Positions 19,201-28,831 of a stretch of 55,700 nt of DNA are shown here, in pieces. The stretch is taken from the IMG/VR virus record IMGVR_UViG_3300033388_003023, positions 1-55,700 of that record; one strand, 5' to 3'. Within the stretch, counting starts at the first letter, position 1, and the number at the start of each line of letters is the position of its first letter. A model generated the notes under the pieces. That model did no database searches. It saw only the letters and a program-made list of their open reading frames with translations, and was not told the origin of the DNA. Both the position numbers and the translations under genes were made by a program. Source of the DNA: a virus (Duplodnaviria > Caudoviricetes).

Positions 19201-22200
19201 GATCAAGGAACGAGCAGAGTTCGCGCTGAAGCACTCGAAGCAACCAGAGACGATAAGGTTGGCAAAGAAAAACTTAGCAAGAGTGAAGTAGTCCCGGATA
19301 TTCAAGAAGATATCGACAAGGTTATAAAGCCTAAGAAAGAAAAACCTGAAGTAAGGACAGTTGAACCCAAACAGACTAAAGAAGAAATGCTCGCAGCAAT
19401 GAGCGACTTCTTTAAAGACGACAAGCCTAAAACCCAGTATTCCACAGAAGATGTTAAAACAAAAACTCCATCGTTTAAAAAATGGTTTAAAGGATCAACC
19501 GTCGTAGGCAAATCAGGCGAACCGATGGTGGTTTACCATGGTACAGCGTCCACAGATATAGATGAATTTGCTTTTGATGCTTCAAAAATAGGCGAACAAG
19601 GTAGAGCAGAGGGAGCCGGTTTTTATTTCACACCAGATAAAAGGATTGCTGATGGATACGCCGGAGAAAAAGGAACAACTATTAATGCATACCTTGATAT
19701 TAAGAAGCCAATCCAATACTCTCAAGGTCCATTCAAAAGAAGTACTCTGAAAAAAATATTAACGAGAGCTGCCGAATTAGAATCAATTGAATCAGAGATG
19801 GACATTGAGGATGGCTTTTTATCTAATTACGGTGACGCAAGATATGAAGGTCTTGATGCTGTAATAAATGAAGCAACAGACATGATGCTAAACGAGGACA
19901 AAGCTCTTGACCAAATGGGTGGTCTGGTAGGTTCAGGCGTTGACCCTATCATCGTTAATAAGTCTGTTTATGAAATTACAGGGCATGATGGCGTCGTATC
20001 AAGCGGATTCGGCGATCAGGGTGGCTCAATTATCTATACAGCATTTTTCCCAACACAGGCTAAATCTACTGATAATTTAGGCACATTCGACCCTAAAGAC
20101 CCAAGAATTAAATATTCAGAAGATAAAATAACAGAACCCTCAAAACCAGTAACAAAACAAACCCTTGAAGCTCTACCATACGTCACAAGCGTAACAGGCA
20201 AAGAAGATAATTACAGGATTCATTTCAAAAACAATATATCCATACCTCTAAAAACAGTCAAACTAACTGACGGTGGCGCTTATGTCTTCACACCATCAGG
20301 CAAAAAACTAATCAGAGGTAAGTTCACACCAGGCCAAGGTATTGAAATTTCGCAAGCCGGAGACATTCGCACAGTTGCTCATGAAAATCTACATTTTTTC
20401 GAATCAATCGGATTATTAAGCGGTAAAGATATCCGTCTCCTTAATCGAGCCGGTGAGAAAATGTTCGGACCCGGTGAGGATAAGGCAGAATTAAGAGCTA
20501 AATATTTCGAAGCCGTTTCAAAAACCGCAAAACCTGACTCTTTAGTCGGAAAGATTTACGCAAAGATTAAAGACTTTGTAGCTCAGATGCGTCAAATTTT
20601 TGGCAGAACAGCGGGTGGCGTTGTTAAGGATATTGAATCAGGGAAAATCTTTAAAGAGAAGAAAGGCAAGGCACCGAAAACAAAAGTAACAGCATACAGC
20701 GAAGCAGCCGATAAATGGTATTCTCAAATGTCAAAAGTTATCGGTGATAAGCTACCGAACAAAGGCACCGGTAAAAACTTCATGTCCACCATAGAGTCAT
20801 GGGCTAAAAAGGGTAGTTTTAAACAAGAAGAGCTTGAATGGTCTGGCCTTGATGAATTTCTGAAGACAAAGACATTGTTTTCAAAACAAGAAGTGTTGGA
20901 TTATCTTGATGAGAATAAAGTTGTTATTGAAGAGCTTGAAAAGGATGTAATTACAGACGTTATACAATCCAAGGCTAATTGGGAGTCAGAATTAAAGATA
21001 GAGGACGGATGGGAATCTGATATATTTTTATCTGAAAAACCAACATTTAAAAGCGACTGGCTCGAAAATAATTCATTGATGCTTTTCGATGAGGCTGGAA
21101 CAAATTACACTGACAATTTCATAGAAGAATATGGCCCTTATTTTAATAGTGATTTCATAGAAGAGCTTGAGAATAAAAATTTGGTAGATGGCCGGCCTGT
21201 TGATATGAGCGAATTCGAAAATGAAGATACCACTAAATATAAACAATACCAAATCCCAGGCGGTAAGAACTATAAAGAGTTGTTGTTGACGTTGCCGGGA
21301 TCAAAACCAGACCCAAAAGGATACCAATCGTTTAAAAAAGAAATGATAACTAAATACGGTGACGATTGGATACTTGAATTGACTGGCCCTGAAGACATGG
21401 AGAGGGGTAGATTAGAACATGGTGAGAAAAAAGAGCAATACAAATCATCTCATTGGGACGAACCAAACGTCTTGGCTCATGTAAGATTTTCCGAGCGTGT
21501 GGTTGATGCTAAAAATGTTTTGCATATTGAGGAATTGCAGAGTGATTGGCACCAAGAAGGCAGGAAGAAGGGTTATATACCAAAGCCTCTTGGCGATATT
21601 ACAGATACAGAAAAAAAAGAATTAGAAGCATTAAGGGGCGTTGTTTATAACAGAGCCCTTACCGGTGAAGAAGAATTACGGTTTAGTTACTTATTCAAAA
21701 AAGAACAAGGGCGTTCTATCGGCAATATTCCCAATTTAATACCACAAGCCCCCTGGAAAAAAACATGGCCGATTAAAACATTCCAAAGCATGGTCAGATA
21801 TGCCACAGAAAACGGGTTCGACACTATCGCATGGACACAAGGCGCTGAACAGGCCTCAAGGTATGATTTGAGTAAGCAGATTGATTCTTTAAAGTGGTAT
21901 GCAAACCCTGACGATACATACAATATAAGTTTTGTAAAAGATGGATCTACCCAAACAGCCCAAAACAACGCCAAAGAATCCGAGCTTGAGGGGCTTGTCG
22001 GAAAAGATATTGCTAATAAAATAATAAACGATGCTCAAAGCGAAGTCACCGGAACATATAAAGGGCTTGATTTAAAAGTAGGCGGCGAAGGCATGAAGGG
22101 ATTCTACGATCAAATCCTACCAAAAGAAGTTAACAAGTTTTTCAACAAAAAAGCATGGGGAAGTCCTAAGGTTTCCGAAATAGAGATTGAAGCTGGTGGC

Positions 22201-24759
22201 GGCAAGCCAACAGACTATGCAGATTTTGCAGAATACAAGGCAAAATCTGAGGGAGAATCTTACAAATTATGGTCATTAGAAATAACCCCTGAAATGAAGA
22301 GTAAGTCTTTAACGGAAGGGATGCCACAGTTTTCAACAGAAGACGAATACACCCGGAACTTTGAAGAATCAAAAAACATCAAAGGCAACATTGCAAGAAA
22401 CCTCCGACAAATCAGAAGCGAAGTCGCACAAGGTCTTGATAAATATCTTGGAGCAATTTCGACAAGATTAGGAAATATAAACCCGAAGCTTAAATATAAA
22501 ATGAGAAGATTGTCGCAAGACACAGACTTAAAAGGTTCGCAAGATGTTAGATCAGTTGAACCTATGCTTAAAAAAGTCAAAAAAGATATGACTCCGCAAG
22601 AGACGGCAACATGGGATTTGGCGAGGAAAAACTCAGACACAGAGAAGATTAATGAGCTTGTTAAAAAGTACGGCATTGAGAACGAGTATAAAGCTTACAG
22701 AGACACTTTAGATAAAATAAGGAAAGAGGCTATAGACGTTGGCTTAGATGTTGGCTATATCGAAGATTATGCGCCAAGAGTATTAAAAGATTCAAGAGGA
22801 TTTTTGGAGGCAATAGGAAAAGAGGGCGATTGGCCGGTAATTTCCAGAAGACTTAAAGAACGTGCTAAAGCTATGGGCATGACCGTCGATGAAATGAATG
22901 AAGACCAGAAGGCTGACATTATTTCGAACATGCTACACGGCGGTAGCTATGGACTCGGTGGTGTGGCTGCTACCAAAGAAAGAAAGGTTAAAAAGATTTC
23001 TCCTGAGTTAAATAAATTCTATATGGATTCTGATGCTGCTTTAGTTTCTCACATTTATTCAATGAGAAAAGCGATTGAAGCCAGAAAGTTTTTCGGCAAA
23101 GTACCGGAGCATGTTTCAGAGGCAAAGAAAAGATTAAACGCAGCGCAGAAAGAAATAGCCAATTTTGATGAAACAACTGAGAAGCGCAACAAAGAAATTC
23201 TTTTAAAAATTGATAACCTTGAAAGCAAAAAATCCTTAGATAGCAAGCAGGAAAAAGAACTGGAAAGATTAAACAACGCTCTCGCATATTACCAGAAGAA
23301 CAGAAGCGAACGTCTTCAAGATGTAAAAGATAATCTTTACGAATACGAGCAATTGGTAAACAGGTACGCAAATCAAAGAGATTTCAGGGAAAATATCGGA
23401 GTATACGTCAATGAACTTATCGAAAAAGGCGAGATCGGCGCAGCAGATGAACAACAATTAATAGATATCCTTACTGCAAGATTTAACGAGCAAGGCACCA
23501 GAGGACTCGTTCAGGCGTATAAAAATCTTTCCTATATCGACACCATGGGGTCACCCACTTCAGCCTTAACACAGATAGGTGACTTAGCATGGGCGGCATA
23601 TGAGGGCGGCATGATCCCTGCTTTAAAGAATGCCTATAAAGCATCAAGAGGCAAGTCCCGAATCACAAAAGAAGATGTCGGGGTTGAAAGAGTTGCTCAA
23701 GAGTTTGCAGATGCCGGGACTTTAGGCAATGCAGTATCCACAGTCTTTAAACTTGTTGGTCTTGAGAAAATGGATTCAATTGGTAAAGAGTCTTTATTAA
23801 ACTCCGCCTTAGATAAGTACCAGAAACAAGCGGCCAAAAACCCTGAGAAATTAAAAAATGATATTAAGGATATTTTTGAGGGTGAAACAGATTCAGTTAT
23901 TCAGGATCTTCAAAACGATGAGATTACAAATAATGTTAAGTTTCTTGTTTATAATAGGCTCCTTGACTTCCAGCCTGCCGCATTATCAGAAATGCCTCAG
24001 AAATATTTAGATGCCGGTAATGGCCGTATTTTTTACATGTTGAAATCATTCACGCTGAAACAATTCGATGTATTCAGAAATGAAGTCTATAAAGACCTTA
24101 AATCTAAAGACCCAAAAGTCAAGATAGAAGGAATGAAAAAGTTTGTAAAGCTATCTGCTTTTTTTGTCATAGCTAACGCAGGAGCCGACGAATTAAAAGA
24201 CCTTGTTCTTGGCAGGAAAACAGATTTAGAAGACCGGGTTGTGGATAATATGCTGAGGCTCGGGGGCATATCAAAATTCGTAACATGGAAAGCAAGAACT
24301 GAAGGGGTCGGTTCTGCGATGGCAAAACAGATCTTACCGCCATTTAAGTTTTTAGATGCAGCTACAAAGGACATAGTTAAGGCCGGTGATGAAAAAGGGC
24401 TTGAAACGCTTGCCTCAGTTCCCGTTTTTGGAAAACTTGCATATTGGCACATGGGTAGAGGTGTTGCAAAGCGTGGTGATCTTTGGGACCGAAGATTAAA
24501 TAAGCAGAATAAAAGGCTGAAAAAATTCAAACAAGACTACGACGAGTCCGCAGATAGACCAGCGTATTTAAGAAAATACAAAAAAGAACTTGCTGATTAC
24601 AGAAAAATAAAAAGCTTTAAAAACAGGATAAACGGAATAAAAAGACGAATCAACAGGCTCAAAAAGTTAGAGCAGACAGAACTTAGAAAAAATGCTATAC
24701 TTAAATTAGAGCAGAAAAGAACCGATATGATTAAAGAATATCTCAAGAAGGAGAAATAG
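16240..24759 (+). CDS. Giant polyvalent internal virion protein (hydrophobic N-term; GGDEF-like; ART-like; HExxH; EExQSD domain; helical C-term)
   Basis: 2839 aa at the end of the ejection module. RDQGDEF at 18829-18849, VVYHGT...GFYFT ART motifs at about 19530-19630, HENLH at 20380-20394, HIEELQSDWHQ near 21530. Confidence 0.85.
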   Translation: MPGLKPEFKSYYQKLIAENPDKREDIAYGASEIHKTAHPVIFPSLDDLTAKGSEYRKAQQPGYVKTFAQGAARTVENIAGGVGALTRWGGDVAGVETISEIGKESSDYWKKATQEGWEKADEDVFQGTFMENPSIKRATGLFGEGSVYLAGALATGGLLLAGGAAPAVAAAIPAVGFGGLEAGQTYEEAREKGKSVGEASAYGVAAGVTTTALETIGIGKILKVTGSPIRGAIVGGISEGLVTEPLQTIASNLIAKFGYDKTREWNQGLAESIIGGVGLGSMAGSVAAPANYRAKTNELLGKIREMSDGGATPEAVVAMAEKFKFESPETKAVVDKIKEMIDSGVTPEEVVTMAEEINTDISKYEAPADPGAPQDMFESSGVETKEAAAPQQALQTPAGNVGVVPVDEVSPYYDEQTEQELFMEQPIQSRIGTAEESAAAFEQQYQREAQAEEYMGALKRSPQGAELLKGQLAEEQIAGEDWLKAPIESGVMPAEESAAVFEAEERKRKRLAGMSQQEQFEEAQIQKAHAALKQIKPKRVKGAKVRTLRGAIRANDGIDFGNFKGELKNMSQSVKYLSSKKGTPIDLMEKTLKEEGWMFPEESLIDKLRDDPEFLRRPHLSTEIADKPQAEKTEQELRVEEEQVYEPEEPPEGNYKTTYADELQDGAEITVLDNTGAGQYTVKRQPNGEVTLEGDRTIELTPFDDVQVLQEDRRVDVEKRKRVAEGTQEIVEAKPYHTKDTISIVEKYKGRNDDIKHITDRQLNFETLIEDIKAPEKRTELKEMFSDNLIGESGGTNFKDVKKTLKQLEAEGIPYVYERADGGNLGGLNAHHGEVHSLADKDVRKVWGEIYTEEAVRHGAVIGRDQGDEFIVVWPNFTMAEVREIRGDIEAQINNRIKEMGLDKVPHPKKKYNGMPTGALYTNYGLIEGIPGKYGEMDRLADIEMSQMKDDFELSKSEEVGYAFNKKEEIYEPGKTKQEVRTSEKRDDQGTSRVRAEALEATRDDKVGKEKLSKSEVVPDIQEDIDKVIKPKKEKPEVRTVEPKQTKEEMLAAMSDFFKDDKPKTQYSTEDVKTKTPSFKKWFKGSTVVGKSGEPMVVYHGTASTDIDEFAFDASKIGEQGRAEGAGFYFTPDKRIADGYAGEKGTTINAYLDIKKPIQYSQGPFKRSTLKKILTRAAELESIESEMDIEDGFLSNYGDARYEGLDAVINEATDMMLNEDKALDQMGGLVGSGVDPIIVNKSVYEITGHDGVVSSGFGDQGGSIIYTAFFPTQAKSTDNLGTFDPKDPRIKYSEDKITEPSKPVTKQTLEALPYVTSVTGKEDNYRIHFKNNISIPLKTVKLTDGGAYVFTPSGKKLIRGKFTPGQGIEISQAGDIRTVAHENLHFFESIGLLSGKDIRLLNRAGEKMFGPGEDKAELRAKYFEAVSKTAKPDSLVGKIYAKIKDFVAQMRQIFGRTAGGVVKDIESGKIFKEKKGKAPKTKVTAYSEAADKWYSQMSKVIGDKLPNKGTGKNFMSTIESWAKKGSFKQEELEWSGLDEFLKTKTLFSKQEVLDYLDENKVVIEELEKDVITDVIQSKANWESELKIEDGWESDIFLSEKPTFKSDWLENNSLMLFDEAGTNYTDNFIEEYGPYFNSDFIEELENKNLVDGRPVDMSEFENEDTTKYKQYQIPGGKNYKELLLTLPGSKPDPKGYQSFKKEMITKYGDDWILELTGPEDMERGRLEHGEKKEQYKSSHWDEPNVLAHVRFSERVVDAKNVLHIEELQSDWHQEGRKKGYIPKPLGDITDTEKKELEALRGVVYNRALTGEEELRFSYLFKKEQGRSIGNIPNLIPQAPWKKTWPIKTFQSMVRYATENGFDTIAWTQGAEQASRYDLSKQIDSLKWYANPDDTYNISFVKDGSTQTAQNNAKESELEGLVGKDIANKIINDAQSEVTGTYKGLDLKVGGEGMKGFYDQILPKEVNKFFNKKAWGSPKVSEIEIEAGGGKPTDYADFAEYKAKSEGESYKLWSLEITPEMKSKSLTEGMPQFSTEDEYTRNFEESKNIKGNIARNLRQIRSEVAQGLDKYLGAISTRLGNINPKLKYKMRRLSQDTDLKGSQDVRSVEPMLKKVKKDMTPQETATWDLARKNSDTEKINELVKKYGIENEYKAYRDTLDKIRKEAIDVGLDVGYIEDYAPRVLKDSRGFLEAIGKEGDWPVISRRLKERAKAMGMTVDEMNEDQKADIISNMLHGGSYGLGGVAATKERKVKKISPELNKFYMDSDAALVSHIYSMRKAIEARKFFGKVPEHVSEAKKRLNAAQKEIANFDETTEKRNKEILLKIDNLESKKSLDSKQEKELERLNNALAYYQKNRSERLQDVKDNLYEYEQLVNRYANQRDFRENIGVYVNELIEKGEIGAADEQQLIDILTARFNEQGTRGLVQAYKNLSYIDTMGSPTSALTQIGDLAWAAYEGGMIPALKNAYKASRGKSRITKEDVGVERVAQEFADAGTLGNAVSTVFKLVGLEKMDSIGKESLLNSALDKYQKQAAKNPEKLKNDIKDIFEGETDSVIQDLQNDEITNNVKFLVYNRLLDFQPAALSEMPQKYLDAGNGRIFYMLKSFTLKQFDVFRNEVYKDLKSKDPKVKIEGMKKFVKLSAFFVIANAGADELKDLVLGRKTDLEDRVVDNMLRLGGISKFVTWKARTEGVGSAMAKQILPPFKFLDAATKDIVKAGDEKGLETLASVPVFGKLAYWHMGRGVAKRGDLWDRRLNKQNKRLKKFKQDYDESADRPAYLRKYKKELADYRKIKSFKNRINGIKRRINRLKKLEQTELRKNAILKLEQKRTDMIKEYLKKEK

Positions 24760-24760
24760 A

Positions 24761-25084
24761 ATGGCCGAAATAAACGCAGATATACTAACAGATGAAACAA
24801 CAGAAACAATTCTCAATTTGCCTGAAGCATCAAACATGGTTAATAATATAACTATTATTGGCGCAGCAGGTGCGGGAAGAACAGTAACAGTGACAGCGAA
24901 CACCCAGACAGCATCAGCGATAGATAAGGACGCATACGAACCACCTGATGAGAACAGTATCGTTGACACATCTGATGGGTTGCCACACACTTATCTATTT
25001 CCAGTAGGGACCATGATAAATAAAATAAAATTTACGCCAAGTGCCGCTTTTGCGTTTTCAGCAAAATGCTCGTCTGCAAGATAA
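24761..25084 (+). CDS. Small putative virion protein
   Basis: AGGAG RBS, beta-rich 107 aa. Confidence 0.55.
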   Translation: MAEINADILTDETTETILNLPEASNMVNNITIIGAAGAGRTVTVTANTQTASAIDKDAYEPPDENSIVDTSDGLPHTYLFPVGTMINKIKFTPSAAFAFSAKCSSAR

Positions 25085-25109
25085 CGGTTGATTAAATTAA
25101 GAGGCAAGT

Positions 25110-27065
25110 ATGCAAAAATTTACAGCCGATAAATTCACAATGTACCCATTCACGATGGGCCCGTTTAATATGCACCCGTTCGGTGCAGACCACGGAGGAG
25201 CTCCCCTATCCCTAATCTGGCGCGGCTCCCCCTACGTCGGCGCAATATTCAGCCACCTCCCCCCAGGATTCGCTGAAACACCATCCGGCGAAACTATCGA
25301 TGTGGGTGACGAGCCGATGTATGAGTACAAAGATGGGAAGAAGGTTTACCGGAGTTTTGAGGGGACTAATAAATGCGAGGCTGATGGAATACCTACGACT
25401 TTTACAGATGGTGTGGATACTGGTGGTAATTGTGACATCACAATTGTTGGAAAATATTATAGGGTTGAAAATAATACAGGGGTTACACAATTTCCGAATT
25501 TGACAGGGCAGGTTGGGAATACTAACAAGCATAGTTTAAGTGTTTATGCTCGTAGCAATACATCACAATTTTTTGTAGATGGTGGCCCAGGTATTCCTTT
25601 TACAGATCCTGTTAATTTTACATTCAAGAATACTCTTAATTTTACTCCGGTTGCGCTAAACGATCAAGCCAAGTTTAGTATTCCTGCCGGCGGCTGGGTT
25701 GAGTTCTATTTACCCCAATTAACCGAAACCCCATATCAACTCCCAACCATCATATCATCCCGTCTCGGCCCCGTCACAGTCTCCCTCCCCGATGTAAAAC
25801 TCCGGGCGCAAGACAACGGAACCGACTTAGCAGAAAAACCATTCAGCGTCATGTCAAAAGACGCAACCCCGGTGAAAATCAAGGGTGGTGCCTTAGAGGT
25901 TATGAATGGGTTTGGGGATGGGGAGGATGAATACGTAAACTATGACTTTACAACCTTTACTAATATTTTATGCGACATTGTAACCCAGTCCACATTTTCA
26001 GGAGCGGGTTCATGCGGAGTCTATAAGGACGGAACCCTAATAATCGGAGAGACTTATGAATTTGCTATAATGGGTACAACCACAGCTCCTGAGTTAAGGA
26101 TTTTGCAACGAGATTCTGTGCTTGACAGAGACTTAAATCTTTTATTTTCAAGTACGGGGGATATTGATACCGGGTTTACGAGGTTTGTTGCCACACGAGA
26201 ATCACTTTACTTACAAAACGAAGGGGCCGGGGCTACAGAAATAACAACTTTTACAACAAGAAAAGTATCCCCCGCAGTAGGCTCAGTAGTCTGGGAGAAA
26301 TTCCAGACAGCACAGGTTTTAGCACCAAATCAACTATCTCCCGGATACACGACCGAAACAGGTTGGGTTGAGTCGGGCGGTGAGTTAACATACACAGGTA
26401 CTACAGATTCAGACTTTTACAAGTTTGCACTACGCGCTGATAAGTATCAAAAACATACATACACCGTCAATGAAAGTACAGGTGACGGTGATTTAGTTAT
26501 TGCAAACGGGGTCACTGAGGATGAGATAATAGTCGATAAGAGCGTGGGTACCCATACAATATTTTTCGTCAATGATGGTACTACCAGTACTAATATGGGG
26601 ATGGGTGTCAGAAACAATACAACCGGAACTATAGTTCTTGCCTCTGACACCGACGATTTGTTGACCAAAGAAGTCCAGACATTGTTAAACCCGAATGATG
26701 GCCCGGCGTTATTTTACATCGACCCGGACACAGCATTATTAACAGCAATTGACGATGAGCAGAATATCTGCACAAGTGACGTTGCTCTTACTGCAAATGT
26801 TCAGCACAATTTTTGGCTTGCATGGCTTATTGATAAATTTTGGATAACACTAAACGAATCAAAAGGCGTTGTCGAAACATTCAGTGGATCTTTTGCAGAA
26901 ATCGGGGAGTTTATTAAGGGTACTAACTCAGGTGTTTATCATACATCGAGAAATGAGGCTGTTTTTTATGATGAACCTGCTTTTGAATATGTGTATGATG
27001 AGTTATTTAACAACGAAATAGTAAACGATGAAATAGTAAACGAACTTGTAAAGGAATATTTATAA
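25110..27065 (+). CDS. Putative receptor-binding/tail spike protein with carbohydrate-binding-like modules
   Basis: Beta-rich. LPQLTETPYQLPTI resembles the QLE-x-G-x-PT motif of tail CBM-like domains. Confidence 0.55.
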   Translation: MQKFTADKFTMYPFTMGPFNMHPFGADHGGAPLSLIWRGSPYVGAIFSHLPPGFAETPSGETIDVGDEPMYEYKDGKKVYRSFEGTNKCEADGIPTTFTDGVDTGGNCDITIVGKYYRVENNTGVTQFPNLTGQVGNTNKHSLSVYARSNTSQFFVDGGPGIPFTDPVNFTFKNTLNFTPVALNDQAKFSIPAGGWVEFYLPQLTETPYQLPTIISSRLGPVTVSLPDVKLRAQDNGTDLAEKPFSVMSKDATPVKIKGGALEVMNGFGDGEDEYVNYDFTTFTNILCDIVTQSTFSGAGSCGVYKDGTLIIGETYEFAIMGTTTAPELRILQRDSVLDRDLNLLFSSTGDIDTGFTRFVATRESLYLQNEGAGATEITTFTTRKVSPAVGSVVWEKFQTAQVLAPNQLSPGYTTETGWVESGGELTYTGTTDSDFYKFALRADKYQKHTYTVNESTGDGDLVIANGVTEDEIIVDKSVGTHTIFFVNDGTTSTNMGMGVRNNTTGTIVLASDTDDLLTKEVQTLLNPNDGPALFYIDPDTALLTAIDDEQNICTSDVALTANVQHNFWLAWLIDKFWITLNESKGVVETFSGSFAEIGEFIKGTNSGVYHTSRNEAVFYDEPAFEYVYDELFNNEIVNDEIVNELVKEYL

Positions 27066-27757
27066 TGACATCTTTTAATAGTTCTTTGGGCCGTAGGGGC
27101 ATCAACACTAATGATGCTTCGGGCCCCGTTGAAATTGATAGGGTTACTGAAATAGGTGATATTGAGGCCGGAAATAAAACTGTCTTTGAGAATGATGGAA
27201 CATTGAGATTTGACGGCGACTCTACTGTATGGGATGATTTAAAAGAATCAGCAATAGCAAGAAATCTTGACACCACTTCTGGTAGGATTGATTATAACTT
27301 CGCGGAAGCCACTGTTGATTTTGCCGATAATGCCAGATATGCAGCTACAGAGCAATTGACTTTGGCTATGCAAATGAGTCACAGTTACAAACACGGCAGT
27401 AATATGGAGCCCCATGTCCACTGGATACAAAATCAAGACAAAATACCTAATTGGTTGATGGAGTATAGGGTGTTACTCAATGGAGAAGCAGCCACCCCAA
27501 CATTTTTAAAGGCTATCTGTTCAGAGCAAATATTCACTTATACATCGGGTACTATTTTACAAATATGTGAGTTCCCGCTTATCCCTGGCGTCAGTAGTTT
27601 GTCATTTTCAGTTGATGTTAAAATATACAGAGATACAGGCAATACAAGCTTATTGTTTTCTGGTGTTGATGATTATGTTGGGCCAGCAGCTCTTAAGTTT
27701 TTTGATATCCATTACATTAAAGACACAATAGGTAGCAGAGAGGAGTTTATAAAATAA
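27065..27757 (+). CDS. Putative virion beta-sandwich protein
   Basis: WDDLK...QMSHSYKHGSNMEPHVHW...FDIHY pattern seen in phage tail-associated proteins. Confidence 0.55.
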   Translation: MTSFNSSLGRRGINTNDASGPVEIDRVTEIGDIEAGNKTVFENDGTLRFDGDSTVWDDLKESAIARNLDTTSGRIDYNFAEATVDFADNARYAATEQLTLAMQMSHSYKHGSNMEPHVHWIQNQDKIPNWLMEYRVLLNGEAATPTFLKAICSEQIFTYTSGTILQICEFPLIPGVSSLSFSVDVKIYRDTGNTSLLFSGVDDYVGPAALKFFDIHYIKDTIGSREEFIK

Positions 27758-28284
27758 TGACAACACAAAAAGCATCATTAACAAGACACGCAGTAACACA
27801 AACAGGCGACCCTCTACGTGTCCAAATCGGTGCATCTGGTATCGATCCCGTTGGCGCTGTAAAACCAGCGGTAGCTGATTCTATAGGATTGGTCCCAAGC
27901 ATTAGATTTGATACTGGCGTTGAGATGATAGCGGGTGTCACATTTGCCATACCAGACAAAGCAGACCCAACACAACCGGCATGTTGCAGGATAGGCTGGG
28001 GGGCCACGACAAATACAGGCGATGTAAAATGGTCGTTGCTTTATAAGTGGGTTGGGGTTGATGATGACATTGCCGGAGCAATAGACGGAACGGAAATTGA
28101 CGTACAGACTGTAAGCACTACAGTAAACGGATACAGGTTCTCTGAGTTTGATTTCGATCCGTCAATAAACGGGCATCGAGTCCTTGAGATACAGATACAC
28201 AGAAACGGGACTGACCTTGCAGATACTTGTGCGGGGGCAGCACATGTAATAGGTATTCTATGCGATTTTATTGCAGGTGTATAA
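27757..28284 (+). CDS. Putative virion protein, distant paralogue of the upstream gene
   Basis: Similar layout: F-D, hydrophobic strand, W, V-x-W-x-x-x-Y, I-x-R...D. Confidence 0.5.
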   Translation: MTTQKASLTRHAVTQTGDPLRVQIGASGIDPVGAVKPAVADSIGLVPSIRFDTGVEMIAGVTFAIPDKADPTQPACCRIGWGATTNTGDVKWSLLYKWVGVDDDIAGAIDGTEIDVQTVSTTVNGYRFSEFDFDPSINGHRVLEIQIHRNGTDLADTCAGAAHVIGILCDFIAGV

Positions 28285-28658
28285 CACTATTATTAATAGC
28301 TATATGTGGCTGCATATCTGCAATTAACCGCACCGTAGATATACAGCTTATAGAAAAGTCCAGAATTACAGCAATACAGAAGCTTGAAAAGCAGGGTTTC
28401 GTTATTTCGAACAAATGCTCCAACACTGAGATAATAATAATCGAAACTCGAAAAGAAATGAAAGAAAAGCACAATCAGTTTACAGGGCAGTATAAATTCA
28501 AATACGGCTTTGCTCAACCTTATTTAAACCGTATTTATATTTATAAGTATTCGAGAAAAGAAGTATTAGAGAAAGAATGGCTCCATATTTTATTACACAA
28601 GAATTTACCGGGGCTACCTGGAAGACAGCATCATTATTTATTTTGGAATTGGAAATAA
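28260..28658 (+). CDS. Putative lipoprotein
   Basis: MRFYCRCITLLLIAICG|C lipobox-like signal peptide. Confidence 0.45.
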   Translation: MRFYCRCITLLLIAICGCISAINRTVDIQLIEKSRITAIQKLEKQGFVISNKCSNTEIIIIETRKEMKEKHNQFTGQYKFKYGFAQPYLNRIYIYKYSRKEVLEKEWLHILLHKNLPGLPGRQHHYLFWNWK

Positions 28659-28684
28659 AAAACCCGGTATAACATTATACCGGG
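28657..28684 (-). terminator. Intrinsic terminator at the convergence of the two arms
   Basis: CCCGGTATAA-CA-TTATACCGGG inverted repeat with a T-tract on the - strand. Confidence 0.75.
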
Positions 28685-28831
28685 GAAACAACTAAATGTA
28701 CTTTTAAGGGACATGCTCTGATTTCTAAATAATTAAAAATTAACTATAAAACTTTCTTTTAAATAATTTTAAGTTAGATTTCATAAGCACACACTTCATT
28801 TAATTATTTTTTTTATTTTATATAAGACTCC

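Noticed and set aside
27005-27055. GAAATAGTAAACGA tandem repeat at the end of the spike gene
   Set aside because: A short coding repeat (NEIV-NDEIV-NELV) with no sign of phase variation.
10693-28284. Diversity-generating retroelement or invertible fibre cassette
   Set aside because: No reverse transcriptase or invertase recognised, and no template/variable repeat pair seen.
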